A stretch of DNA of 64,000 nt from positions 111,846 through 175,845 of the forward strand of contig JAHLWZ010000721.1 of assembly GCA_020536535.1 (NCBI GenBank). The letters run 5' to 3'. Source of the DNA: Pelomyxa schiedti. Taxonomy: Eukaryota; Protista; Evosea. Below the pieces are notes generated by a model. That model was not told the DNA's origin and ran no database searches. It saw only the letters and a list, made by a program, of their open reading frames with translations. Shown here one piece after another: positions 11,764 through 25,366 of this stretch (position 1 is the stretch's first letter; every line of letters starts with the position of its first letter). The translations under genes and the position numbers were made by a program.

Positions 11764-12934
11764 ATGTTGCGGCAGGAGGACCCTCTCATAGGTGGCAGCA
11801 GAGAGAGTCGCAGTTCCGGGGGTGACGTAGACGTAGAAGTAGATCTGGCTGCTCGTTCGCCTGATGGCGGGAGAACGACACTGGAGTTTGGCAATGGCAA
11901 TGGAAATGGCAATGGCCCTAGTTCCGCGTTTCAGTCTATTGCAGCAGGAGGAGGCACATCCCATGCGGTCCTTGTTGGATCTTTGGGTGTGTTTGCTGTT
12001 ATGACTGCCGCTGCTGTTTTTACTGCTGTGCTCGTTGTTGTTATTGCGCGTTCTCACCGACGGCGTGACTTTAAAGAAGATCATGTTGACTCGCTGCTGA
12101 CCAACGAAACTGAAAACAGACGAGCACCGGGGTTTACCACAGTCGAGGGAATAGTTGTTGCTGTAGTGGCTGTGACTGGGATCAGCGTTGTTTTTCTGGC
12201 ATTCACTTTCATGCCTGCAAAGGTGCGGTTCTACAAATACACTATTTGCAAGACTCATTATACCACTTAGGTAAACAGTGGGTTTTTATCATTGATGATC
12301 TGGCTTGCTATTATTACAATCCTGTTTGTAGTAGCGCAGATGCTTTTGATCATAATACGGAGACAGCACTTACCTGAACCTGAACTGGTGGTGGACACCG
12401 TGCAAGAAGAGCCCAGAGGGCCACTTGTATTATTAGGACGTACTGGAAGACAGAATCATCTTGTATTTATCAACCCACTAAACTTGCGGCTGTCGCTTGT
12501 TGATAGAGATTTCACGGAGAATGGTTTGTTGTAAGAAAACCATTGACCTTTACTGAACTTAATAACCAGACTTCGATGCTTTGGCAGCACTCGACACTGT
12601 TTCTGATAGGCTAGACCAAATTATAGTGGATCCACGGAGCCTACAACATACCCGAGAGAGGATCGAGCAACTCCCTGTTCACGAATTCAGTGCAAACCCG
12701 AACCACTCTCCGGCACCAAGCGGAACACCGCAGGACAACAACGCTCCACCCACAGTTAACACTAGCAACACCATTGTACTATCTTGCCCCATCTGCCTGG
12801 ATAATCTCCAAGCAGGTGAGAAAGTCAAAGTTTTGCCATGTCTTCACCAGTTCCACGCTGAGTGTGTGGACAGATGGCTTGTAATTAAGCCCCACTGTCC
12901 CATTTGTAAATTTGACGCACTCCACACCACATAA
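11764..12934 (+). CDS. Membrane-anchored RING-H2 E3 ubiquitin ligase, SDIR1-like
   Basis: Three hydrophobic segments, the motif LRLSLVDRDFTEN|DFDALAALD, and CPICLD..LPCLHQFHAECVDRWL..CPICK. Two introns. Confidence 0.85.
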
Positions 12935-12998
12935 GCAACACATTGTACAGTAACACCCAAAGTAAAAAAAAAAGGCTGTAAAATTTTATTTGTTTCCT

Positions 12999-15900
12999 CT
13001 ACAATAGAACACAGCTGTCTGGGACGCCAGTAGAACAACTAGGAGGCATGTCAGTCTCAGTGTTCTTGAATAGTGGGGTTTTGTAGGTACCGAATACAAC
13101 CACACTTACAGGAAGGCAGTAGGAAAGAGAGGAGTCCATGGGGTTTATGATGCGGAATCCCAACTGAGGGATGTCACGTGTAAACGGGCCGCGAAGCAGA
13201 AGGCAAGCCAGCATGAAGTTCCCTCCTTTGCAGTTTGCCTTCGAGGCAGCAGAGCTCAGGTAAAAGTACTCGCCGAGTACTCTGGGGGTCCACCCTTCTT
13301 CGCAAGTGTTCAGAATGGAATCCTCATCAGAGCCGTACCACGCAAAGAATGTGTTGTGCCGGTGCAGCCCTAGGTTCCCGCCAATGGCCTTGAGGAATTT
13401 CTCCATAGCGCGGCAGTTCCTCTCAAGCCCTGGGTTGTGTGCGATTTGTGTGATTGCGGGCATATCCAGAGACCAGTTGGTTCTTATCCAGCAGGTTGCT
13501 TCGGTGAACACTTTTTTGATTTCGGAATCGGTACTTGTAGTGTGTACTTGGGGTAACGCGGGAATTATGTACTTGGCGTTTATCTCGTGTTCGGACATGT
13601 ATTCCTGAAATTGCTGACAGGTCCGGCCCAAATGCAATGCGTTTGATGTGTTACACATACCACAGACATCAACACCACAGCTGTCACAGGGATGATAGCT
13701 TCTGTTCTTATCCACGAAGCCTCTACATCCATTAGGGCAAGTCACAAAGTTGTGCACAAAAAGCTGGAAATCCTCACAGGTTCGGCCAAAGTGACTAGGT
13801 TCTTCAACAGCCCTACAAACAGGGCACACACCTTTGCTGCATCCTTGACACTCTTGGTAAAAAGCATTCGCCGGTAGTATGGATCCACAACCTGTTGGGC
13901 ACTCTATAATACCCGGAATTGGGCGTTCTTTTACGTAAGCTGCCACGCTACTCTCGCAAGCCTTTTTCCATGCTTCTTTTGACAGGGAATCGCGCAAGTC
14001 TCCCAACACAATAGGAGTCGCACATTGGGCACAACAAACTGGAATGTCTCCTGATTGTGTCACTTGCTCCAAGCAGTCTGTGCAATAATAGTGACCACAC
14101 ATGCTTAAGGGTATACCACTCGCAGCGGAACACCCGGGGCCAACACAATGGGTACTACAACCCTCTGCAATGTTACATGTGGAGTGAAGCAAATCGACTG
14201 TCTCTTTCCTGCACGCGGTCATTTGTGTATGACTTTCAGCCAGTATTACAATCAAAGATGGTGATTCATAAAACCGAAGTAAACAATGTGGGTACTTGGA
14301 AGTCATTTGGAGTAAAACATGGGCACCTGCACGGCCTGTGTGAAACGACTTGCAATCAACAGAGTTACATGGTATAACAGTGAATCGGGAAGAAAATTCG
14401 CTTGAATATGCACCAAGTTTGGAGATAAACTCACTTTGTGATGGTACTGGCCCATATACCTTCACAACAGCTTTCTGGTATTTTCCAGGTTTTATTCTGA
14501 TTTCGAGATGAAGGGTTCCAGCAGCCCATTGATGTAGGACTCGACGTTCAGTTAGTTCAGAGAACATTAGAAAGCGCTGAAGCTCTCTTTCACTCACTTG
14601 TAGAGTCATGGGACTTGTTGCAGCACGTAATAGGTTTGAAGCTTTACCACAAGAACTTGGTGATCCTGAGATATTAACAATAGTCTTGGAGGAAAACTCG
14701 TTCAGGTGGAATTTAACTTGTTCATCGCACCGGGAGTTTATTTCGGTCATGAGATTGGGGAGGTTAAACAGACGTGGAAAGGAAATCTCCACCCGAGTTG
14801 AGGCAGAAACAAAGCGAAATAACTTTTTGTGTGCATCTCCTGCTAAAGCATGCTCTGCTTGCCAAGTTGACAAAAAATTGATTATCCAGGTGTATTCTTG
14901 GAGCCAATTAAACTTGGGTACAATTTGTTTGGTTACTGTACCCCCTCTTCTTGTTCGAATGTTTGCAGTAATAGGTACCATAAACTTGGCTAGTGCGTTC
15001 TGCACTGATTCTTTTTGGTGGCTATGCATTTCACTCAAAAAAGCGCAAATCAGATCATCTGAAAATTTTGAAGGTGTTGTGTGGATTCGGATGTTACCCA
15101 CATCACTCAGAATTTCAGATAGAGTTGTCTTAGATACACTTCCAGGCAAATCAAATATCTTCAATGTCAGAGTCTCGTGATTCATGGAACACTGAACACA
15201 TCCAGGAAATGCAGAACTAACTTGCTCTTGAGTGAGTGGCTTATTTGTTATTGCTCGGAGTTGTTTGCCTGAAGAGTCTGATGAACATATAACTGTGAGT
15301 TCATTGTCCACATTGTGTTCCTCTTGTTGACAGTTCAACCAGTGAGAATAAGTAGCTTGAATTTGTTGCGAAGTTTGAGCCAAATTGTCAGAAGAAGAAA
15401 GTAATAAAATTCCAGATTTGCCTCGGCCTTCAAATTTACACCAACTGATTTCGCTTGCTGAAAGATGCAATACAGTCTCCAGCCAGCTGCGGAACTCTTT
15501 GGAGCCGGAAATATTCGGAAGGTAATTAAATTTGAACTGTTGTTCACTTGACACCATGCTGATATTGAGCACCTGCATTCCTTCACCAAAAGTTGCTCGT
15601 GCCAATCCAAAACCAACAATTTCATGTAGGGTCATTGCTTTCAGTCTGGATTGTTCTTTTTTAATACAAGGCTCAACTAGGGATATAATATCCCTTTGAT
15701 TCATGAATGGTACGGATGAAGAGCAATATAGTTTTAGGGAGTTTCGGCTATTGTCATAGTGCAAGCTAAGCCACCTCTCAGAAAGACCCTCACCTTCTAA
15801 GCAGTGTTTGGCACAAAATTTTTCAAATCCAAAACTGAGATTTAACCACTCTTTGACAAGACAAGGCTGAGATGGAATATTATGCGTTGCACACCACGAT

Positions 15901-18900
15901 GGGTTGCACTTCACAAGGGAATGGGGTGTTACAGGGTGCAATTGATCAACGAAGTATTTACCATTTGGTAGTTTCATAATTTTCATGCCTAGATAGTAAC
16001 GTGGTGGGTCTGGAATTCGGCGCTGAACAGGGCAAGATGTACGCTCTATATTTGCTCTTATACCAAGATTGACCAGCCGCACACCCTTTTCTGGCAAAGG
16101 GGGAACTAAGACTTCTACCACCTGATCACAGAAGCCAGAAGCAAGAAGTTCACCAATAGTCAACGTCAGTGCAACAGAGTTATGACTTGGTCTGTTTACA
16201 GTGCTAGTACTCTTCTCACTGGGGGCCAGCTCTGGAAGTTCTGCATACCACTTTTCAATAGTCTGGCCAGCATGCAGCTGTAATCTATTTACAGCTTTCA
16301 AGACTTTGTTGTTGAGGCCATACTCGAGAGAAAAAGAGACGCGGCAGTCATGACATATACCCTTATTAGCTGGTTTGTGGCATGAAGCACAGTCGCCGTT
16401 CTTGGTATTGAACCCAGCCTGACGCCAACCAAGGAATGTATCATGCAAGAAGAGAAGGTCGCTGTCAAACGATGCAGCCCGGAAGCTGATTTTACCTTGA
16501 ACTAAAGCTCGGTCACATTTGTCACCCATAAAAAAAATACTCCCAGGAGCACTTAGGATGGCTGCAATACCAAGAGCAGTGTCAAGGAAATCATGATGCT
16601 TAGAAGCTGCAAGTAACACGAAACTGGCCAATCTGGGTTCAAATTCAAGGTTGCACACAAGACGCCCTCGAGGGGTGATTTTTCCTGTTGAATCCAGGAG
16701 TTGGAGGTGTGTCATTTGGATAAGGGAGTCCTTTATTGTCTGAAGAGGGGGTATGGTCATGTAAGAGAAAATTAAGGGGTCTTGATTCATTCTTTTCAAC
16801 TGAAGAACTACGGAATCCAGAGAGGAACGTAATATCTCTGGCTGGATAGATTGTCGGGTAATGGCTTCTTTTTCATGTAGTCTCACACAATATCCTCTAC
16901 AGACTCTCCCTGCTCTGCCTTTTCGCTGTTCAGAAGATGACTGAGAGATATATCTGAGTTCGAGAACAGTCAATCTCCTCTGAGGGTCGTAAACAGCTTC
17001 TTTTGCAAATCCAGAGTCAAAGACTAGCTGCACACCTGGTACAGTCAATGACGTCTCTGCTACATTAGTGCAAAACACAATCATCCGCTTCCCTGATGTA
17101 GGATTTTTCTCCTCAAAAGACAGAACCTGCTGTTGTTCTTCTGGGGGAAGTGATCCAAAAAGTGGAAGTGCAACCCAGTTTTTCCCAGCTAAAGGACGTT
17201 GCTTCTCAAACTCATGAATGGCTTGTTCCACCTCCCCCTGTCCTGGTAGAAAAACTAGTGCATGTCCATCCCGCTTTTGACACAACTTCTTGATAACTGT
17301 GGGTACAATATGCATCTGGATTAGTTTGAGCATATTTCCAGTCAGGTCGTTGTGTCCATTATCATCTTTTTGCTTTGCAGGGGGCATGTACTCAACATCT
17401 ATCTCGTATGGCCTACCAGGCACTTTAAGCGATGATGTCTTACACCCAAGAAAAGATAAAAACTCAGACTCATCAATAGTTGCTGATGCCACAACAATGA
17501 AAAAGTCATCAGGTCTTTGGATTTTCACTTGTTTGCAGATACCCAGAACAAGATCTGTGTAAAGAGATCGTTCATGCGCTTCGTCTACAATAACTGCTGA
17601 GACTCCTGAATAGAGTTGGTGGAGGCAAAACTGCGACAACACACCAAATTAACCAAAACGGAAGGACAGAAATAACAAACCTTTAAGAAGAGGGTCCTTT
17701 GCAGCTCTTCTCACAAAGGCTGAATCAGTGCAAAACATGATTTCACTGCCCACAGTGATCTTCCCCCCAGCGTCGTATCCAACTGAGAGACCAGGCGGGC
17801 GTCCGTCAAATTCTCTTGCTACTCTCTCTGCAATCGAAAGAGCAGCAATTAAACGAGGTTGAGTGCAAATGACAACTCCGGTATGCTGGTACTCCCGCAA
17901 AACTTCTGCACAGTATTGCGGGAGTTGCGTGGTTTTGCCTGAGCCTGTTTCGGCAACACAGACTAGAACTTTTTCTCTTAGCAGTCGTGAACAAAATACT
18001 GCTCGCGCATTCAGGATTGGCAGGGGATTCTTACTCCTATTTGCCTGCCTTTCAGCGAATGTCAATTTCCTTGGAAGGTTGCTCGGTTGTGCTTGAGGTT
18101 GAGGTCTGTTATCTGAAAAAAAACTGGGTGGTTTGGACAGGGCAGTTGAGTGATTGGTTTGCAGTACCAATTGATCTCGGCTGGTACACTGTGGTGTCTG
18201 TTTGGCAAGAGGGTGTCTGGTAATCTCCACTATTGGTTTGGTAGTCTTAGTGGCCAGGCATTGGTTTTCACCTTGTATGCTTTCATTGACCTGTTTTGGT
18301 GCCTCACGTGCTTTATCACTTTCTGCTGCAGAATCCCGTACATTGGGTATTGGTAATAATGGAGATATATTTGTATCATGAACTTTGGCACTTGGCAGAG
18401 GAGAATGAGTGTCTTTTGAAACTGAGACCTGAGAACATTTTGGCAATGCAGGAACACCACGTTTCTTTCTTCGGTCAAGTTGTTCCACTGAGAAGAATGT
18501 ACCATTGAAATACATTGGATGATTGGCAGCTTTCATATCTTGGAAGTTCGAAAAGAAAACCTTTCCTCTTGCTTGCAGGTTATCTCTCCTTGTTATGGTT
18601 GCAGATACAGGGTGATAAGCTGCAAAGAAATTCGCCAAAATTTCATCAGTCCACATTGGCGGCAGTTTCCTAACAGATACCCCAAATTCCGATTTTGTGG
18701 TAACGGAAACAACATTCTGAATGTTATCCCCACCCTCACTTGAAGGATTCTGCCTTGGTTGTTGTTGGTGCTGTTGTGGCTGTGGCTGTGGCGGAGTTGG
18801 TGTTTGCGTTTGGTTAGGAGAAGCAGATGCGGACCTCGTGATGCTGATGCTAATAGGAGGCCTCTGCGGACTGACATTATGGGGCTCGACTACTGGTGGT

Positions 18901-19227
18901 GTGCCCGTCGACGGGGCAGTCGCCGGCCAAGTCTGAGGCTGAGTCAATGGCAAAGTGCTGCGGGATGTCGTCGGAGGCGGAGGAATCGGGGGAGGGGGCG
19001 TGGGAGTGGGAGCGGGCGGCGCCGGAGGTGCAGAAGTGGACACCACAATTGTGGGACGCGGGTGTGGGCAGGGCGCCGCCGAGGGCGCGCTGTGGGCTTG
19101 TGGTTGTCTCCCCTTATGTTTTCGTGGTTTCGGGTTTTGGTTTTGTCGTATTAGCATTTGTTGTTGCTGTTGGTAAACCTGCTGTTGTTTTTGTTGTTGC
19201 TGCTGCTCTTGCAGCTGTTGTGCCTGC

Positions 19228-19258
<31 letters not shown>

Positions 19259-19400
19259 GCATAAGCAACATTTGTTGTTGCTGTTGCTGTTGCTGTTGCT
19301 GTTGTAGTAGCAGTTGCAGTTGCATGTGCGGCTGCTGTGGCTGTTGTGTGGCGTTTGGTGGCCAGTACATGTATGGCGATCCAACGGACTGTGGCCACAT
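12999..19400 (-). CDS. Multidomain DEAH-box RNA helicase: polyQ/Pro N-terminus, RRM, helicase core/HA2, RING1-IBR-IBR, PARP/ART-like C-terminus
   Basis: AETGSGKTTQ, TQPR, DEAH, SAT, TNVAETSLT and QRKGRAGR motifs. Intron 17606-17680 joins the 830-aa and 1547-aa ORFs in frame (KDPLLK|GVSAVIVDEAH). Cys/His clusters and AWYGS..GW..GEYF follow. The start is placed at MWPQS (19400) because the region upstream belongs to the opposite-strand HD gene. Confidence 0.85.
19160..19345 (-). repeat. CAA/CAG trinucleotide tract encoding polyglutamine
   Basis: (TGT)n/(TGC)n runs on the + strand, in frame in the helicase N-terminus. Confidence 0.9.
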
Positions 19401-19638
19401 TTTCCCAGGAGTGATGGGTACGGTTGCGCTCGGCGCTTTCGGCTGTGCGTGAACTACGCGTAGAAAAAAAAAATCGCAATCCGGAATTTGGGGCTTCTTG
19501 TTCCCCTTGTGGAACCCTGGAGGAAAGAGATTATGATGTGCCGCTTCCCATTTCATGCCCCATGAAGTGGATGGCACTTCAGTGCCCACAAGATCAGAAA
19601 ATCTATGAGTTCTTCCCCGAAATCCGGACTGAGGTGGA

Positions 19639-20246
19639 ATGACAGCGGTGGGTGGCGCCGTGTTGACGGGAGAGGAGTGCCGAAAATTATGGGTGGAGTA
19701 TGACATGTTGCCCAACATACAAGACCACTCTGAAACCGTGTGCCGTGTTGCTACAACCATCGTGTCCAGGCTGAGGGACCCAGCCCTGAGGGCCAAATTG
19801 GGACCCACAACTGAGGCTGGCGCCCTGCTCCACGACATCACAAAGACCCGTAGCCTCAAGACTGGTGAGGACCACCCTCTGACTGCCGGGACTCTTCTCA
19901 GGTTCTTCTTTTTTTTGTTTGGCCGCCGGGATACCACCCGTAATTCACACACAACAGGTCGCGCGGCCTGGAAGAGCTCGCCCACATTGTCGAGCAGCAC
20001 GTCGACATCTTCGACTTTGACCCCAGTGGGCCACTGCTTCCAGCCGAGATTGTCTGTTACAGCGACAAACGCGTAACACACGACAAGGTCGTCACTCTCG
20101 AAGAAAGGCGCTTGGATTTGGTCAAGAGGTACTGCAGGCACCCATCAGATCACGCCCTCATGGCTAAGAGATTCGCTGTGTACGAGGCCATTCAGGCAAA
20201 GATAACCTCTCTTCTTGGTGATGGCCAAAACCTTGATTCCTTTTGA
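19639..20246 (+). CDS. HD-domain (HDIG-type) metal-dependent phosphohydrolase, prokaryote-like, one intron
   Basis: MLPNIQDHS..V..VA, EAGALLHDITK and EDH. Removing the 56-nt intron 19902-19957 gives LLR|SRGLEELAHIVEQHVD..EIVCYSDKRV..VTLEER..DL..RY. Stop TGA at 20244-20246. Confidence 0.85.
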
Positions 20247-20375
20247 CGATGTGGATCTTTCTGCCCTTTTTGATTTGGCACTAAAAGGGTGCACAAGGCA
20301 CTATGAAAACAAAAAATCGAGAGGTTTTTTGTGAACCTCATCCGTTCGTTATGAAAAGGGAAAAAAAGGGGTGTG

Positions 20376-23300
20376 TTAAGAATCTGTGGGTTCGGGTTCG
20401 GGTTCCAGTTCGGGAACTTCAGGTTGTGGTGTGGGGGTCGGTGTGGAGGTTTCTGTGGTTGGGGTGCTGGTGGTTGCTGGGGAAGCAGTAACAGTTGTGG
20501 GTGTTTCTATTTCGCTGGTTGTTGGGCTTGTGGTGAGTGCTGCTTGCCTTTCTTCTGCCTCAAGAGCGGCCATTGCTAGTGCCTCGGCTTCGGCATCCAG
20601 CTCCTCCTCAGTCTTGGTCACTGTGGTTGCATTTGTTTCGGTTGGGGCTGGTGAGGACTCCTCTGGAATCATGAACAGAGCCATGGCATCCTCAGTTGGG
20701 AGTTCGGTAACTGTGGACGCCAGCTGTTTCAATTCTAAATACCTTGAGTAATTTACCAATAGAAAAATGAGCCAACCATTTATGATATTATAGCCTTCAT
20801 TGTATCTCGATATCATTGGAGTGTAAAGCCTAGCTGGCTTTGTTTCAGAATTAAATTTCCGGCATAATTCTTCGGCTTTAAGAGCCTATTTTTACTCTGT
20901 GAGGGAAAAAATGAAAATATTGCTTGTAACTTACCCATTGAAGGTCAGGGAAGAGATTTTCGTATTCAAAAGGATCGGCCAGGGCTTCAGCTGCCTTTTG
21001 ATTAATAGATGCTAACTCTTGCCTCCATCGCTTTACTATATCGGATACACGGCTGATAGTTATGTTAACTGTGGTCATGAGAGGTATGGGGTCAAATACC
21101 TTGGGGCATAAGTCCGGGCCATAAAGGCGGCTTCAGGCACTCGACCAGTGGAGCAAAGTAGTTCAAGGCAATCATCAACCCGATTAAGCAATAGGTAGCA
21201 AACAAATGCGACATTGTTCTCGCCTACACAGTATGAGGCCTTTGTGGGTGAGAGACATCATCAGAAACCTTTTTCTCTAGCATAACCAGCAAGTTTTTGC
21301 ATCCCAGGTGCATTCCCCAGAGACGAATAAAGAAGGAGAAGGCCAGGGATATCCGAGGCATTCCACAAACATGTCTCTGCAAGATCAAGCTGGCTCTGTG
21401 TAAGTACCAAAAGGAATCAGGAATTAGGCGTACCCGGCACTGTGACATTGCCAATTCTCCAAGTTGTTTCCATCGATGATCTTGCTTAAGCTCCTGGGCC
21501 ATTGCATGTGCTACTTCAAGTTCACCAAGTTGAACAGCAAGATCAAACTTGTGATCTGGCTCCGTGGACACCGCAAGCGCTTGTGGGAGGAAGCCACGAG
21601 CTTCGAGAAATTGTGCTATACGGGTATATTGGTCACTGTGTACAGTTAGAAACCAACAAAAAGCATAATTGAGGTAAGCAACATACCGCGGAATTTTGGG
21701 AAGGAGTTGTTCTGCTTGCTCGATGTTCTTTCGCAGGATTGCAATTTGGTAGTTGATTACACTGAGATGAAGTTTATAACTAACAACTGCCAGATTCTGT
21801 ACCCCTTCTTAGAGTACAAGATATGTATCATGAATCTACCTTATCAACAAGGTAAACCCGGTTGTCTCGTGGAACATAGCCAAGTAAATAGAGTGTGCTG
21901 AAACAGTTCAATCAGAAAGAGATTACAGGGGGAAAAAAAGTACCGATCCAAATGGGCTATAGTTACGATTTGCCCACCAATGCAGTAGTTAAGTCGATTT
22001 TGACTGTTTGTGTAGATGAAGCAATCCCCGATCCATTTGCCTGCGCGAACTCTGTACTATCTCAGCTTCCTATTGAGAAGAAGGGTGGTACCTCTCAGAG
22101 ACATCATGAACAACTTCAAAAGCTTGTTCATAACCCTCATCTGGTACAGGTTTACCAAGAGCAAATGCAGCATTCACAGCGGCAGCATTATATGCCAGAA
22201 TGAAGAACGCTGTTTCCGTGGTTACAACTACGAATTCTCCACCCTCACTCCATATGACCTTTTTAGGTGTTAGCAAGCCACCATCTTCGAAGTTGCATAC
22301 TTGTTTTGGGACAACATCGATTTTTCTAACAAGTTGCCCTTCCCAGGAGTAGAAATTAACAAACTTGGAGGTTTTTACACCCAGTAGATGTCCTACAGAA
22401 AATGAATACGGGAATTATTCCCTTTTTGGGTGGTACATACCTCCAAAAATTCCTTCTGGTGTAAAGTCAGGTCTCAGTGCTTTAGATTCTTTGAAGTTCT
22501 TGAAGATTTTAATTTTTCCAGTTCCATCTCTAACTGCATATCTGAAAGAAACAATTTCTTACTTGAAATGAAAGTGTTGAATATAAAATTACCCTCCTGT
22601 AGAATCCCAAACGAACTCCTGGCCAGTTCCAAAGCTCTTATTGCGCCATGCCAACGCAGTGTATATGATAAATTCACCATCTCCACACACTGCTATGAAC
22701 CTGCCATTTGGACTGTGTCGTAGGTATCGGGGATAGACCTAGAATTCATGGTAATAGGGGAAAAAAAAAAAGAAATCAAGTACTTCAGTTGTTCCAAGGT
22801 CCTTAGTTGCAAGGGTAAGCCGTTCACCATCAGGGGTAGAGTCCTCTGAAATAAAAATGTTGGACTCGAAGAAAAAGGGTAAGAAGACCTGCAGCATTTT
22901 TTATATTTACAGAGACTATCTCATTGTGCTTTGCCCACGCTATTTTGCCAGTTGAATCCATGCTGTAGGATGGCTCTTCTCGACCAAACTTATGGAAAAG
23001 TAAACATTGATCTTACTCGAGGTAAGTGTGAGTACCTTGAGTAACACTGCGCCTTGGTCATAACCAGCTGCTAGGCAATGGCTACCTGGGGGAAAAAAAG
23101 TTTAGAGACTGTAAAATGAAATGGCAGATACCTCTCAAATGGCCCAAAGACCAGATTCGCTCCATGGTGTAATTCAGTACTTTCTCAGAGCGATAAGTTG
23201 AGGAGTTCCATATTCTTAGAGATCCATCTTCCGACCCAGAAATGATGAAAGGCAACTCGGGATGGAAACATACAGCAGACACATTGTTGGTATGTCCCTC

Positions 23301-24358
23301 GAGTGTGGCTACACATGTTTTATTCTAGAAGGCAATAAGAAAAGGTTAGAAAGGATAGTTTGCCATGCCTGGTAGTCCCAAACTTTTACAAGTCTGTCAT
23401 CGGCCCCAGAAACAAGGTATGGTTTATCACCATCCACCATGTAATCAACACAGTTCACTCCTTTGTCATGCCCCTCGAGTGTAAAATACGGATTCGAAGA
23501 GTTCAAACCCCAAACCTAGATACCAGTTATGTTTGAAAAGATAAAGTGTGGCACACCTTCACAGTTCTGTCTAACGACGCAGATGCAAAGGTGTTGGGAT
23601 CTTTTGGGTTGAAAACAATCATCATAACGTAATGTGAGTGACCCTCAAAAACCATGAGATTGTGCCAGTTTTTGTCCCAATCCCACAGCTAATGTAAAGA
23701 GGAGGAGCACAAATAAGTTTAGTAAGAACAGAAATATTTGAAAGTAAGGCACCTTGATTGTCATATCATCAGAAGAGCTTAGAACATAAGGTTGCGAGGG
23801 ATGAACGGCCAAAGAGCGTAAATAATCCGTATGCGCTTCAACGACTTTGACCTTCTTCATCGTGTTGTAATTGAAAACTCGGATGTACATGTCATCAGAT
23901 CCTGTGATGACCCATTGTTTTCGTGCAACAAACTTTGCTGTTCTCACGGGGAGCTCCGTAACTTCGAATGTCTTCACGAGGGTCTGTACGCATACAACGT
24001 AGGGTTAGAATTCAAGGGGCAAATGTACCACCTTGCGAAACCTGAGTTTGATAGTTCCAGACATGAACTTGTCCAGAGAAAAGACTCGATAACAACCAGG
24101 GCTCGGTAGGGTGTATGTCTACGGCCTTGACTCGGTCACTTCGAGCGGTGAGTTTCCTCTGTTATTGTTGTTGTTGGTGACAACACCGCATGTTGCTCAG
24201 TGGAATAAAAAAAAAAAATGATTTTTCCTGGGCATACCTTGATCTCGAGACGGGCCTGTCAGGGAAACGATGTCAAAATTTACATTTGTTGCATGTTACG
24301 TGTTGCGTTTGTGGTTGAGGTGTGTTATTGTTGAATTTCGCAAACGACGGCATACCAT
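20376..24358 (-). CDS. COPB2: Coatomer subunit beta' (COPI), many introns
   Basis: M|ARLEIK|[69 protein letters not shown]. Confidence 0.95.
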
Positions 24359-24554
24359 CACCCTATCGTCGTATTTCTTCCTTTTTGTTTTGTATTTTTT
24401 TTGTTTTTTCTGCAAAGAGGATCTGCCAACTGCGAAAAAAAGACTGAAGGAAAAAAAGATGGGTGACGGGGCCTCTGGTACAAGGAAATTGGAGTGCGGC
24501 GTGAGGTGAATCTCTTAGATTCTATTGACACTTGTGGGATTTTTTTCCCCCACA

Positions 24555-25243
24555 TCACAGGATGTGATTTTTGGCCAAGTAGTCTCGCAACTGTTGCTGG
24601 AATAGAACACATTTGATAGTGTCAGCATCAAGCTTGTAGAGTGGGTTTTTGATCACTGTGTAATGGGTTCGTATGAGTGGTGAAACAGGGAAAAACCATA
24701 CCATATTCAATGTATACATCCCTGTAAATTGCGGATAGATGGTCATATAAAGGGGGTACATTGGGGTCAGTGAGTGCAATGAATTTCACCCCCGTTGGTG
24801 ACTCATAGTAATGTAGTTTGTACGTTGTTGTTCTATAGCACCTCAAAGCCAGTCGTTCATCACTGAGTGTAAATTTAGTATGTTATCACATGATTTTGTT
24901 TGGTTTTTGTTCTGTTGTTGGCAATTGCACTAGCATTACCACTCATACATACAATACCACACCAACCCGGCTCCCACAATTACGTTGGCGCACGCTCCTG
25001 CACCCAATTCCCCAAAACCACACAGCCAAAACACACAGTCAACGAAACGGAATATAACAGCCATACACACTGGTTGTTTGACAGCTTGGCGCACAACTGC
25101 CTCATGGTGTGCAGCATTCCCATCATTGTGGCTTGGTAGTGCTGCCGCGTGTCGGACGTGTTCGGAATTCCGCCGGGCGCCATGTCCTCGTGGTACACGC
25201 ACTTGCCTGACTTGTTGAACACCAGCACGCTGTATATCCCCAT
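24555..25243 (-). CDS. TRAPPC1: TRAPP complex subunit 1 (Bet5, sybindin family)
   Basis: MGIYSVLVFNKSGKCVY, GMLHTMRQLCAKLS, YRTTTYKLHYYESPTGVKFIALTDP, YIEY|VIKNPLY. Confidence 0.9.
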
Positions 25244-25366
25244 CCCAGCAACAACTGTTTTCGTTAAGTTGTGATGGAAAAAACGAAGCCAAAGGGGAAA
25301 AAAAAAACAAAGTCAGAAGAACAGAAAGTCTAGAACAGTATAAACGGAGGGTGTTGTGTGCGTGTG

